Positions 25,782 through 33,907 of a DNA stretch of 55,136 bases are shown here, one piece after another. Made by a program: the position numbers and the translations under genes. Each line of letters starts with the position of its first letter. Position 1 is the first letter of the stretch. Source of the stretch: Steroidobacteraceae bacterium (GTDB lineage Bacteria > Pseudomonadota > Gammaproteobacteria > Steroidobacterales > Steroidobacteraceae). The stretch spans positions 1 through 55,136 of the forward strand of contig JBIITU010000001.1 in NCBI GenBank assembly GCA_044340335.1. Direction: 5' to 3'. The notes under the pieces were generated by a model that was given only the letters and a program-made list of their open reading frames with translations, ran no database searches and was not told the DNA's origin.

Positions 25782-27067
25782 GCGAAGCGACCGAACGCGA
25801 GCCGCTCAGCGTGCGCCCGCAGGAGCTCGCGGCGGTGGTCGCTGCCTTCCTGCTGCTGTTCTGTGTGCTCGGGGGCTACTTCGCCGTGCGGCCGGTGCGC
25901 GAGACGGTCGGCACCGTCATCGGGCGAGATGCAGTGCGGACCCTCTGGGGATTTACGGCGCTGTTCGCGATCGCGATCGTGCCCTTCTACGCGTGGCTGG
26001 TCTCCAGGGTGCGGCGCAGCCTGTTGTTGCCCGCGACCTATCTCGCGGTGGCGGCCGGTCTCGTGTTCTTCTCGTTCGAGTTCCGCAGCGAAGACGGCAT
26101 CCGCGCCGCGGGCGCGGCGTTCTACGTCTGGATCAGCGTGCTGAACCTGATGCTGGTGTCGGTGTTCTGGAGTTTTCTGCTCGAGATTTTCTCGTCGTCG
26201 CAGTCGAAGCGGCTGTTTGGCCTGATCGCAGCCGGCGGCACGGCCGGCGGATTTCTCGGCCCCATCGTCACGGATCTGACCGTCGGGAGCATCGGCAACG
26301 CGGGCGTGCTGCTGGTCGGCGCGGGCATGTTCATCGTGGCGATTTTCGCGCAGCTCGCGCTGATCGGCGCGGCGCGCCGGATCGCGGAGCGGGATGAAGG
26401 CAGCCCGGCCCCGCAACTGAACGAGGGTCTGGGCGGCAACCCCTTCGAGGGCTTCGCGCTCGTGGCCCGCTCGCGCTACCTGCTGATGATCGCGCTGTTC
26501 GTCGTGCTGCTGTCGGCCGTCAATACCTTTCTCTATTTCGAGCAGTTGAAGCAGGTGGAAGCGGCCTACGAGAGCATCGAGGCCCGCACCAGTGTTTTCG
26601 CCAAGTTCGATTACGTCGTGCAGGGCCTGACGATCCTGACGCAGCTGTTCCTGACGGGGCTGATCGCGACCCGGCTCGGCGTGACGGCGCTGCTGACGAT
26701 CGTGCCGGCCGTGATGGTTGTGGGGTTCTTCGGTCTTGCGGCCCTCGGCAGCTTCTGGGCGCTTGCGGTAGCGATGGTGATCCGTAGCTGGGGCGAGTAC
26801 GCGCTGGTGCGTCCGGGCCGCGAGATGCTGATGAGCCGCTTCGACAGCGTGACCAAGTACAAGGCGAAGAACCTGATCTATGTACCCGTGTATAGGGTCT
26901 CCGACTTCGTGTTCGCGCAGGCGCAGCGGGTGATGGAGGTCATGCTCAGCTCGGCCGGCGCGGCACTGGGCGGCGCGGCGCTCGCGGGTGGCTGGCTGGC
27001 CACCGGCTGGTGGCTCGGGCGGCGCTTCGACCGCGAGAAAGAACGCGCAGCGTCTCCTAAGCCGTAG
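25778..27067 (+). CDS. TLC/AAA-family (ATP:ADP antiporter-like) MFS-type membrane transporter homologue
   Basis: About 12 TM helices. YFAVRPVRE, FWSFLLEIFSSSQSKRLFGLIAAGGTAGG and EYALVRPGREMLM resemble Npt/TLC signatures. The GTG start overlaps the upstream stop (GTGA). Confidence 0.75.
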   Translation: MSEATEREPLSVRPQELAAVVAAFLLLFCVLGGYFAVRPVRETVGTVIGRDAVRTLWGFTALFAIAIVPFYAWLVSRVRRSLLLPATYLAVAAGLVFFSFEFRSEDGIRAAGAAFYVWISVLNLMLVSVFWSFLLEIFSSSQSKRLFGLIAAGGTAGGFLGPIVTDLTVGSIGNAGVLLVGAGMFIVAIFAQLALIGAARRIAERDEGSPAPQLNEGLGGNPFEGFALVARSRYLLMIALFVVLLSAVNTFLYFEQLKQVEAAYESIEARTSVFAKFDYVVQGLTILTQLFLTGLIATRLGVTALLTIVPAVMVVGFFGLAALGSFWALAVAMVIRSWGEYALVRPGREMLMSRFDSVTKYKAKNLIYVPVYRVSDFVFAQAQRVMEVMLSSAGAALGGAALAGGWLATGWWLGRRFDREKERAASPKP

Positions 27068-28328
27068 CGCTGATCGGTGCCGACAGCGCCGCGACGACGT
27101 CGCGCGCGGTGTCATAGCGGTCGTTCGGCTTCTTCGCGAGCAGCCGATCGAGCAGCGGCTGGAAGCCGGCGAGATCCGCCGGCAGTCGCGGCGCGTCCTG
27201 GGCCACGTGCGCCTGCAGGATGTCCATGGCCGTCTCGCCGTGGAACGGCTTATGGCCCGTCAACATCTCGTAGATCATCACGCCGAGGCTGTAGAGGTCG
27301 GAGCGGCCGTCGACAGGCAGCCCCTGCGCCTGCTCAGGGCTCATGAAGTAAGGCGAGCCGCGCAGCATGCCGGTGCGGGTCGAGTTCTGGGTGTTGTTGA
27401 GGTCCTTCGACAGGCCAAAGTCGATCAGCACGATATCGTCGTTCTCGCGCAGCATGACGTTCTGCGGCTTGAGGTCGCGGTGGATCAGGCCGGCTTCATG
27501 CACGACCTGCAGCGCGGCCGCGATGCGGCGCGCGTATTCGACGCTGGCGGCAACCGATAGCGGCTGCTTGATGCGTGCCGCGAGATCGCCGCGCGGAAAG
27601 TACTCCATCGCGAGGTACTCGCGACCGGCGTAGATGCCGTAGTCGTAGATGTCGACGACACAGGGGTGATCGATCGCGGCGATCGCGCGGTACTCGCGCG
27701 AGAGCAGTTCATTGACGGTGGCGTCGTCGAGTTCCTGCTCGGGGCCGACCTTGAGCGCGACGTTCGACTCGCCATCTGGTCCGGTCGCAAGATAGACCGT
27801 GGAAGATTCGGAGCGGCCGATCACGCGCAGGATCTCATAGCGCGGCACGATGCCATTCGCGCGCTCGATATCCGTCTGGGTTTCAGTGGCTGCCTGAGGA
27901 CGCGCGCGGCGCGCGAAGGCGGCGCGCCGTTCGGCGACTTCGAGCGCCTGGCGCAGCATGCCGTCGAGCCGGGCAGGACCCGCCGCGCTGCGCGGCAGGT
28001 AGTCCTCGGCGCCCTGCTTCAGCGCGGCGACCGCCGTCAGTTCGTTGCCGTCGTCGGCGATCACGACGAGGACCGGGCAGTCGGGCGTCTGTCGCAGTCG
28101 GCGCAGCCAGTCGAGGCCTGTGCAATCTGCCTTGGCCGGGTCACCGGCGAACGATGCGTGCAGCAGCAGCACGTCGCAGTGCTCGCGGCTTGCCGGCATC
28201 GCTTCGGGGGTCAGCGCGCCGAGGTCGACCACGCCGATCTCGGCATACGGGCGCACGGTGCCAACCACCTGCGACAACCAGGTTGCGATGGCAGGCTGCA
28301 GGCTGGCGATCGTGATGCGTTCGATCAT
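27057..28328 (-). CDS. Hanks-type Ser/Thr protein kinase with an N-terminal degenerate receiver-like domain
   Basis: Kinase motifs VALK, HRDLKPQN, DFG and SPE. The N-terminal roughly 140 aa has a CheY-like pattern but lacks key residues (DVLLLH, DYLPRS). Confidence 0.9.
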   Translation of the reverse strand: MIERITIASLQPAIATWLSQVVGTVRPYAEIGVVDLGALTPEAMPASREHCDVLLLHASFAGDPAKADCTGLDWLRRLRQTPDCPVLVVIADDGNELTAVAALKQGAEDYLPRSAAGPARLDGMLRQALEVAERRAAFARRARPQAATETQTDIERANGIVPRYEILRVIGRSESSTVYLATGPDGESNVALKVGPEQELDDATVNELLSREYRAIAAIDHPCVVDIYDYGIYAGREYLAMEYFPRGDLAARIKQPLSVAASVEYARRIAAALQVVHEAGLIHRDLKPQNVMLRENDDIVLIDFGLSKDLNNTQNSTRTGMLRGSPYFMSPEQAQGLPVDGRSDLYSLGVMIYEMLTGHKPFHGETAMDILQAHVAQDAPRLPADLAGFQPLLDRLLAKKPNDRYDTARDVVAALSAPISATA

Positions 28329-28335
28329 GGCCGCC

Positions 28336-30339
28336 TCATTGCACGAAGCGCATGCGCATGCGCGCGCGCTGGTCGATGGCGCCGCCGTCGCGCAACACGG
28401 GCTCGAAGCGCCAGCGCGACAGTGCCGCAATGGCCGCCGCGTCGAAGGTGCCGGCCGGCTGCGCAGTCAGGACCCGCACGTCGCCGACACTGCCGTCTGC
28501 ACGCACGACGAACTCCAGGTCGACCCAGCCCTCGATGCCTGCGTCGCGGGCAATGCGTGGATAGTCCGGCTCGACGAAGCGCGTGCGCTTGAGCGTGCTG
28601 ATGCCGACGAACGCAGTCTCGGCGCGTTGCCGTTCGCGCAGCGCGGTGATCTCGCTGGAGAGTCCGCCGAGCTCGGTCGTCGATGCGCCCAGCGCCTCGG
28701 CCTCGGTCAGCAGTCGGCCTGCCGCCGCGATGTCGCCGCGGCCCGCGGCAGCGCGCCCATCCGCGATCACCGTGCGCAGCAGTGACTGGCGTGCGCCGCT
28801 CGTCACCGCACTGCCCGGTTCGATGCGCTGCAGCTCCGTCAGCCAGTGTTTCGCGCTGTCATTCGCGGGCTCGATCAGGCGTCCCTCGCCGATGCGCTGG
28901 GTGATCAGCGCCGCTAGGCGCGTCGCGTCGTTGCCGCGCGCGGCATTCTGGCTGGCCGCGAACTGGGTGCGGATCGCGGTCAGTTCGGCTGGATCTGCGC
29001 CGGCTTCCTGCGCGCCCCGCAGCCAGCGTTCGACTGCGGCGCTGTCGCCGCGGGTCGCGCTCTGCCGCGCTTCGCCGAGCAGGCGGTTGCGCAGCTGCTG
29101 CGTCAGGCGATTCAGGCGCGCGTCACGCGGCGCAAGCGTGCGCGCGCTCTCGAGAAAGAAGCGGGCATTGTCGGACGCAGGTTCGAGCAGCGCGCCGCGC
29201 TGCAGGCGCAGCGCAGCATCGTCGAGCAGTTCCCGGAGCCGTTCGTCGACCTGCTGCCGCTGCAGCGCCCGACGGGTCTCCGACAATGCGGGATCAGCGC
29301 TGTCGCCCGGCGTCGCGCCGTCGAGCGCAGCCAGTGCCGCGCCGACATCGCCGCTCGCTGCGGCCGCGCGGGCCCGGGTCAGCAGCGCGCGTTCGCGCTC
29401 CTTGCCCAGCTGCGCAGTCAGGAACTCGATGCGAACGTTGTCGGGCTGCAGCCCGCGCGCGGCTTCGATGCTGCGCGATGCTGCATCGAGCTGGCCGGCA
29501 AGCATGGCCTGCTCGGCGCTGGTCAGCACGGCATTGAAGACCCGATCGATGCCGCTGCGCGCGCGCGCGTTGTCGGCATCCTGCTCGAGCACGCGCTGGT
29601 AGAGCTCGGCGGCGCTGGCACCGGCCGGAGCCAGCAGTGCGCCGGACTCCAGCGCGGCATCGGCCTGCTCGAGCAACGGCGTCACCGCTGGATCGGCCGG
29701 ACGCGCAGTCGCCGTCGCCCTGGTGCTGTTCGCGGCGGTGCCCGGCGCGTCGTCGCCCCCCAGCAGCCAGATCGCCGCGACGCCGGCAACAGCGAGCAGC
29801 GCTGCCGGCAGCAGCCAGCGCCTGCTCGCCGCGCCGGCGCTGCCGAAAGTCGGTTCGGCGGGTCGCCGGGCCGGCGTGGGGAGGACGGCGTGTTCTTCGT
29901 CGTGGCGCCGCATCGCTGCTTCGATGAACAGGCGCACGCGCTGCTCCGAGACGGGCTTGTGCAGGAAGCGGTAGACCTCGCCGCTCGCGATCTGCGCCGC
30001 GAGTTCGCCCTGATGTTGGGCGTTGCCGGCGACGACGAGCACGAGATCCGGAAACTGCTGGCGCAACCGCTGGGTCAGTCCGGCGAGCGATTCCGCACTC
30101 GCCGCCGCATCGACCAGCGCCACACCGCCGCGTCCGGCGAGGATCTGCTCGGCGAGCACGTCCTCGCTGATGCACAGCGTGATCGCATGATCGGAGGTCA
30201 CGACGCGCTCGAGCGTGTCGATGAGGCCGTCGTCCTTGGACAGCACGACGAGCCCTATCCCGGCGCCCACACCGGCACCAGGCATACGAAGTTCGTCGCG
30301 AGTTCGCTCCGGTGGCACGTTCAGGGCGGGTTTCTCCAA
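28336..30339 (-). CDS. receiver domain - TM - helical repeat region - TonB C-terminal domain protein
   Basis: REC-like LVVLSKDD...VALVDAAA...FLHKPV. TM helix WLLPAALLAVAGVAAIWLL. Three G-x-L-[LI]-x-P-x-x-[DS]-[NS]-A repeats. TonB_C: EPDYPRIARDAGIEGWVDLEFVVRADGSV. TTG start at 30339 with GGAG upstream; an ATG alternative exists at 30285. Confidence 0.85.
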   Translation of the reverse strand: MEKPALNVPPERTRDELRMPGAGVGAGIGLVVLSKDDGLIDTLERVVTSDHAITLCISEDVLAEQILAGRGGVALVDAAASAESLAGLTQRLRQQFPDLVLVVAGNAQHQGELAAQIASGEVYRFLHKPVSEQRVRLFIEAAMRRHDEEHAVLPTPARRPAEPTFGSAGAASRRWLLPAALLAVAGVAAIWLLGGDDAPGTAANSTRATATARPADPAVTPLLEQADAALESGALLAPAGASAAELYQRVLEQDADNARARSGIDRVFNAVLTSAEQAMLAGQLDAASRSIEAARGLQPDNVRIEFLTAQLGKERERALLTRARAAAASGDVGAALAALDGATPGDSADPALSETRRALQRQQVDERLRELLDDAALRLQRGALLEPASDNARFFLESARTLAPRDARLNRLTQQLRNRLLGEARQSATRGDSAAVERWLRGAQEAGADPAELTAIRTQFAASQNAARGNDATRLAALITQRIGEGRLIEPANDSAKHWLTELQRIEPGSAVTSGARQSLLRTVIADGRAAAGRGDIAAAGRLLTEAEALGASTTELGGLSSEITALRERQRAETAFVGISTLKRTRFVEPDYPRIARDAGIEGWVDLEFVVRADGSVGDVRVLTAQPAGTFDAAAIAALSRWRFEPVLRDGGAIDQRARMRMRFVQ

Positions 30340-30455
30340 GCGCCCGGTCTCCGCGGTCAGGTCAAACCGCAGTGTAGGCAGCCGGCGACGGTCGTAAAGC
30401 AGATTCTGTCACATCGAGCCGGTGCTGCCCGGGAAACGCCAACCGGGTCGCAGTT

Positions 30456-30923
30456 TCACTCGCCCCCGGCAGTGACCGGTTCGGCGCGCGACTCGACCAG
30501 ATTCGTGCTGCGGCAGTCGAACACGATCTCGTCGCGCTGGTTCAGCAGCTGGTAGCGGAACACGGTGACGCCGCGCTCCGGCCGGCTGTCGGAGGGGCGC
30601 TTCGACAGGCATTCGGCCCGCGCCCGCAGCCGGTCGCCGGCGCGCACGGCGATCGGGAAGCGCACGTCATCCCAGGCGATGCCGCAGATCCAGGCGATAT
30701 CGTGACTGATCTCGTGGTCGAGGCGGCGCCACAGCGCCATGGTGTAGATGCCCGACGCAATGACCTCGCCGAACACTGAGTCGCGCGCGGCATCCGTGTC
30801 GGTGTGAAAATACTGCGGGTCGTAGCGGCGGGCGAACTCGAGCATCGGCTCGAGCTCGACGGTCAGCGTGCCGCTCTCGCGGGTTTCTCCGATCACCAGG
30901 TCTTCGAGGTAGCGTTTGTTCAT
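30456..30923 (-). CDS. MaoC-family (R)-hydratase hotdog-fold protein
   Basis: YDPQYFHTDTDAARDSVFGEVIASG is a typical MaoC dehydratase motif. Confidence 0.9.
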   Translation of the reverse strand: MNKRYLEDLVIGETRESGTLTVELEPMLEFARRYDPQYFHTDTDAARDSVFGEVIASGIYTMALWRRLDHEISHDIAWICGIAWDDVRFPIAVRAGDRLRARAECLSKRPSDSRPERGVTVFRYQLLNQRDEIVFDCRSTNLVESRAEPVTAGGE

Positions 30924-30966
30924 GGCAGCAGGTCCGGGCAGCGATGGTGCGAGGCGCTTGGTGGCA

Positions 30967-31962
30967 ATGCAAGCCCTGGTGACGGCTGGCGCGGTTGCGC
31001 TCGCGCTGCTGTCACTGCTCGTGCTGGCCGCCGAGCGCCTCTGGTGGGCGGATCTGCTGGTGCATTTCCGCCCGCACTACTGCATCTTCGCGTTGCTGTT
31101 GCTGGGTCTGGCGCAGTGGCTGCGACGACGCGACTGGCTGATCGGCGCGCTGGTCGTGCTGGCTCTGAACGTCCTGCCGCTGGTGCGCGACCTGGGCGCG
31201 CCGTTGCCGATCACGGCTGCGCACGCGGCGACTGACGCAGGTCCCGCACTGCGGATCGCGGCGTCCAACCTGTTGTGGCGCAACCGCGAACACGACGCAG
31301 CGATCGACTGGGCGCGACAGACGCAGGCTGACCTGCTCGTGTTCGTCGAAGTCGACGCGCGCTGGGAGCAGGCGCTCGGCCAGCTGCGCGACACCTATCC
31401 CCACGCGCGCACAGCCCGCCGCGCCGGCTACAGCGGCACGCTGGTGCTGTCGCGCTGGCCGCTGGGCGAGCTGACTCAGCTCGATGCCGGCACACGAGGC
31501 ACGCCCGAGATCGCCATCGACGTCGCGACGCCGGGTGGCAGCCTGCAGCTCATCGCGGTGCACGCGACCTGGCCCCTGGGCGGCGCGATGTCTGCCGCGC
31601 GGGCGCGCGAGTTCGGGACGATCGCGGCGGCGGCGCGCAGTGCCACGCTGCCCGTCGTCGTGATCGGCGACTTCAATGTCACGCCGTTGTCGCCGCATTT
31701 CACGGCACTGGTCGAGCGCGGCCGGCTGCGTGACGCCGCGGCCGGTTTCGGCTGGCAGCCGACCTGGCCCAGCTTCCTGCCGCTGCTGGGTCTGCGGATC
31801 GACCATGCGCTGGTGTCGCCCGACATCCAGGTGAACTCTTTCGCGCGTGGTCGCGTCGAAGGCAGTGACCATCGGCCGATCATCGTTGACCTGCGGTTGC
31901 CGCCGCGGGGAGTATCGGCGCTCCAGCACCGCAGGTCAGGCGACACAGGGGACACCGGATGA
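30967..31962 (+). CDS. endonuclease/exonuclease/phosphatase (EEP) family protein with N-terminal TM helices
   Basis: LLVFVEVD, IAVHATWP, VVIGDFNVTP, RIDHALVS and GSDHRPI motifs. The start is uncertain (30916, 30961 or 30967). Confidence 0.85.
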   Translation: MQALVTAGAVALALLSLLVLAAERLWWADLLVHFRPHYCIFALLLLGLAQWLRRRDWLIGALVVLALNVLPLVRDLGAPLPITAAHAATDAGPALRIAASNLLWRNREHDAAIDWARQTQADLLVFVEVDARWEQALGQLRDTYPHARTARRAGYSGTLVLSRWPLGELTQLDAGTRGTPEIAIDVATPGGSLQLIAVHATWPLGGAMSAARAREFGTIAAAARSATLPVVVIGDFNVTPLSPHFTALVERGRLRDAAAGFGWQPTWPSFLPLLGLRIDHALVSPDIQVNSFARGRVEGSDHRPIIVDLRLPPRGVSALQHRRSGDTGDTG

Positions 31963-32972
31963 GCAGATTTTCGAGCATGCCGGCACGCCGCGCGATGATC
32001 GGCGCGTGGGCCGCCGTGGCTCTGGCACTGGCTGCTGCGGTCACCAGCGCAGCGCAGGCGCAGGATGTCAATGCGGCGCAGCGGCGCGGCGCAGCGGAGT
32101 ATCTCGGCGCGCTCGCGAGCGGCAACGCCCAGGCGGTCGGCTTTGCGATCCATCCGGCGGAGCTCGACAAGCTGCGGCTGACGCTCCTGACCCAGCTGCG
32201 CCAGGAAGCGGCGCGCGGCGACGGTACGGTGCGCGCGCGGCTGTTCGGCCAGGCGACGCCGCTGGCCGAAGTGGAGCGCTGGACGACGCTGGTGTTCTTC
32301 ACGAACCTCGCGCGGCGGCTGGAGTTGCCGCGCGGCCGCGTCTACGACGACCTGAAGGGCGTTGTGACGATACGCGACACGGGCGAGTTGACGCATGTCG
32401 TCGTGCGCGGCCGCCAACCGCGCGACCGTGGCGCGACCCAGGTGCTCGAGATCGTCAGCCTCCTGCCTTACGGCAAGGACTGGAAGGCGGCGCTGCCGAG
32501 CGAACTGGAGGCGCAGATCGAAGACCTGATCGACGGGCGCACGCCTGCGCGGGGCGCAGCGCCGGCCCCGGCGGCCGGCGCTGCCGCTGGTGCTGCCGCG
32601 ACGACGACCCCCGTCGCAGCCGGGGCGGCACCGGCGACGCCGGCAGCCAATCCGCCGGACATCGTCGCGATGCTGGCCGCTGCGGAGAAGTCGCTGGTCG
32701 ATGGCCGCTGCGATGAGTACTACCGCGAATACCTGAGCCCGAACTTCCGGCGTACGCTGTCCAACAGGATGTTCGACACGCTCATTGCAAGTTGCCGCAA
32801 CAGCCTGGGGGCGCGCGAGTCGCTGATTGCCGCGCTGCGCATCGTGCGGCGCACCGCGCCCCGTCTCGAGTACGAAGGCACCCGCGCCAGCTACGACGTC
32901 AGCGGCCAGGGCCTCGCGTTCGACCGCTTCGTGCTCGAGAAGATCGACCGCCGCTGGTACGTGGCCGAGTGA
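31959..32972 (+). CDS. secreted hypothetical protein with two domains joined by an Ala/Pro-rich linker
   Basis: Signal peptide MIGAWAAVALALAAAVTSAAQA. ATGA overlap with the EEP gene. Good GC3 bias. No family recognised. Confidence 0.7.
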   Translation: MSRFSSMPARRAMIGAWAAVALALAAAVTSAAQAQDVNAAQRRGAAEYLGALASGNAQAVGFAIHPAELDKLRLTLLTQLRQEAARGDGTVRARLFGQATPLAEVERWTTLVFFTNLARRLELPRGRVYDDLKGVVTIRDTGELTHVVVRGRQPRDRGATQVLEIVSLLPYGKDWKAALPSELEAQIEDLIDGRTPARGAAPAPAAGAAAGAAATTTPVAAGAAPATPAANPPDIVAMLAAAEKSLVDGRCDEYYREYLSPNFRRTLSNRMFDTLIASCRNSLGARESLIAALRIVRRTAPRLEYEGTRASYDVSGQGLAFDRFVLEKIDRRWYVAE

Positions 32973-32992
32973 TGACAGCCTCTGGAGTCAAG

Positions 32993-33907
32993 ATGAAACT
33001 GAACCCGCGCTTCGCGATTCTCGCCCCGCTGCTGCTGCTGGCCGCCTGCGCCGTATCGCCCGAGAAAGTCACGATCCGTCCGCTGCCAGCGGTCGATCTC
33101 GATCGTTTCATGGGCCCGTGGTACGTCATCGCCAACATCCCGACCTTCATCGAGAAAGGCGCCCATGACGCGATCGAGACCTACCGCCTCGATGACGACG
33201 GCACGATCGCCACGACGTTCACGTTCCGCAAGGGCAGCTTCGATGGTCCCCTGAAGGAGTACAACCCGCGCGGCTTCGTGGTCCCGGGAACGCAGAACGC
33301 GATCTGGGGCATGCGCTTCATCTGGCCGATCAAGGCGGAGTATGTCGTCGCCTGGGTCGATGCCGATTACAGCGAGACCATCATCGCCCGCAGCAGCCTC
33401 GACTATGTCTGGGTCATGGCGCGCACGCCGACACTGCCGCAGGACCGCTACGATGCGCTGCTCGCGCGCGTGCAGGCACTGGGCTACGACATGTCCAAGG
33501 TCGAGAAGGTGCCGCAGAGCAGCCGCGCGGCGCCTGCCGCTGCGACGCCGGCACCGCCGGCCATGCCGGCATTGCCCGATGGCGTTGCGTCGCTCGGTCA
33601 GGCTGAGCTGCGGGCGCGCATCGAACGCCAGGATCCGCGCCTGATCGTGCTCGACGTGCGCACGGCTGAGGAATTTGCCGCCGGTCATGTGCCCGGCGCG
33701 CGCAACATTTCGCATGACCTGCTGGCCGGACGACTCGCCGAGCTCGCTGACGCGCGCGCCAGCGACCTGGTCGTCTACTGTCGCAGCGGACGGCGCGCGG
33801 CGTTGGCCCTCGAGACGCTGCACGCAGCGGGTTTCGAGCGGCTCGCGCACCTCGAGGGCGACTACCTCGCCTGGGAGGCAACCGCCGCGCCGGCGAGCCC
33901 GCCTTGA
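32993..33907 (+). CDS. lipoprotein fusion: bacterial lipocalin (Blc-like) plus rhodanese domain
   Basis: Lipobox LLLAAC. FMGPWYVIANIP...YVWVMARTP is the Blc lipocalin signature. An Ala/Pro linker follows, then rhodanese (LVVYCRSGRRA active-site loop). GGAG lies 7 nt upstream of the ATG at 32993. Confidence 0.85.
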   Translation: MKLNPRFAILAPLLLLAACAVSPEKVTIRPLPAVDLDRFMGPWYVIANIPTFIEKGAHDAIETYRLDDDGTIATTFTFRKGSFDGPLKEYNPRGFVVPGTQNAIWGMRFIWPIKAEYVVAWVDADYSETIIARSSLDYVWVMARTPTLPQDRYDALLARVQALGYDMSKVEKVPQSSRAAPAAATPAPPAMPALPDGVASLGQAELRARIERQDPRLIVLDVRTAEEFAAGHVPGARNISHDLLAGRLAELADARASDLVVYCRSGRRAALALETLHAAGFERLAHLEGDYLAWEATAAPASPP

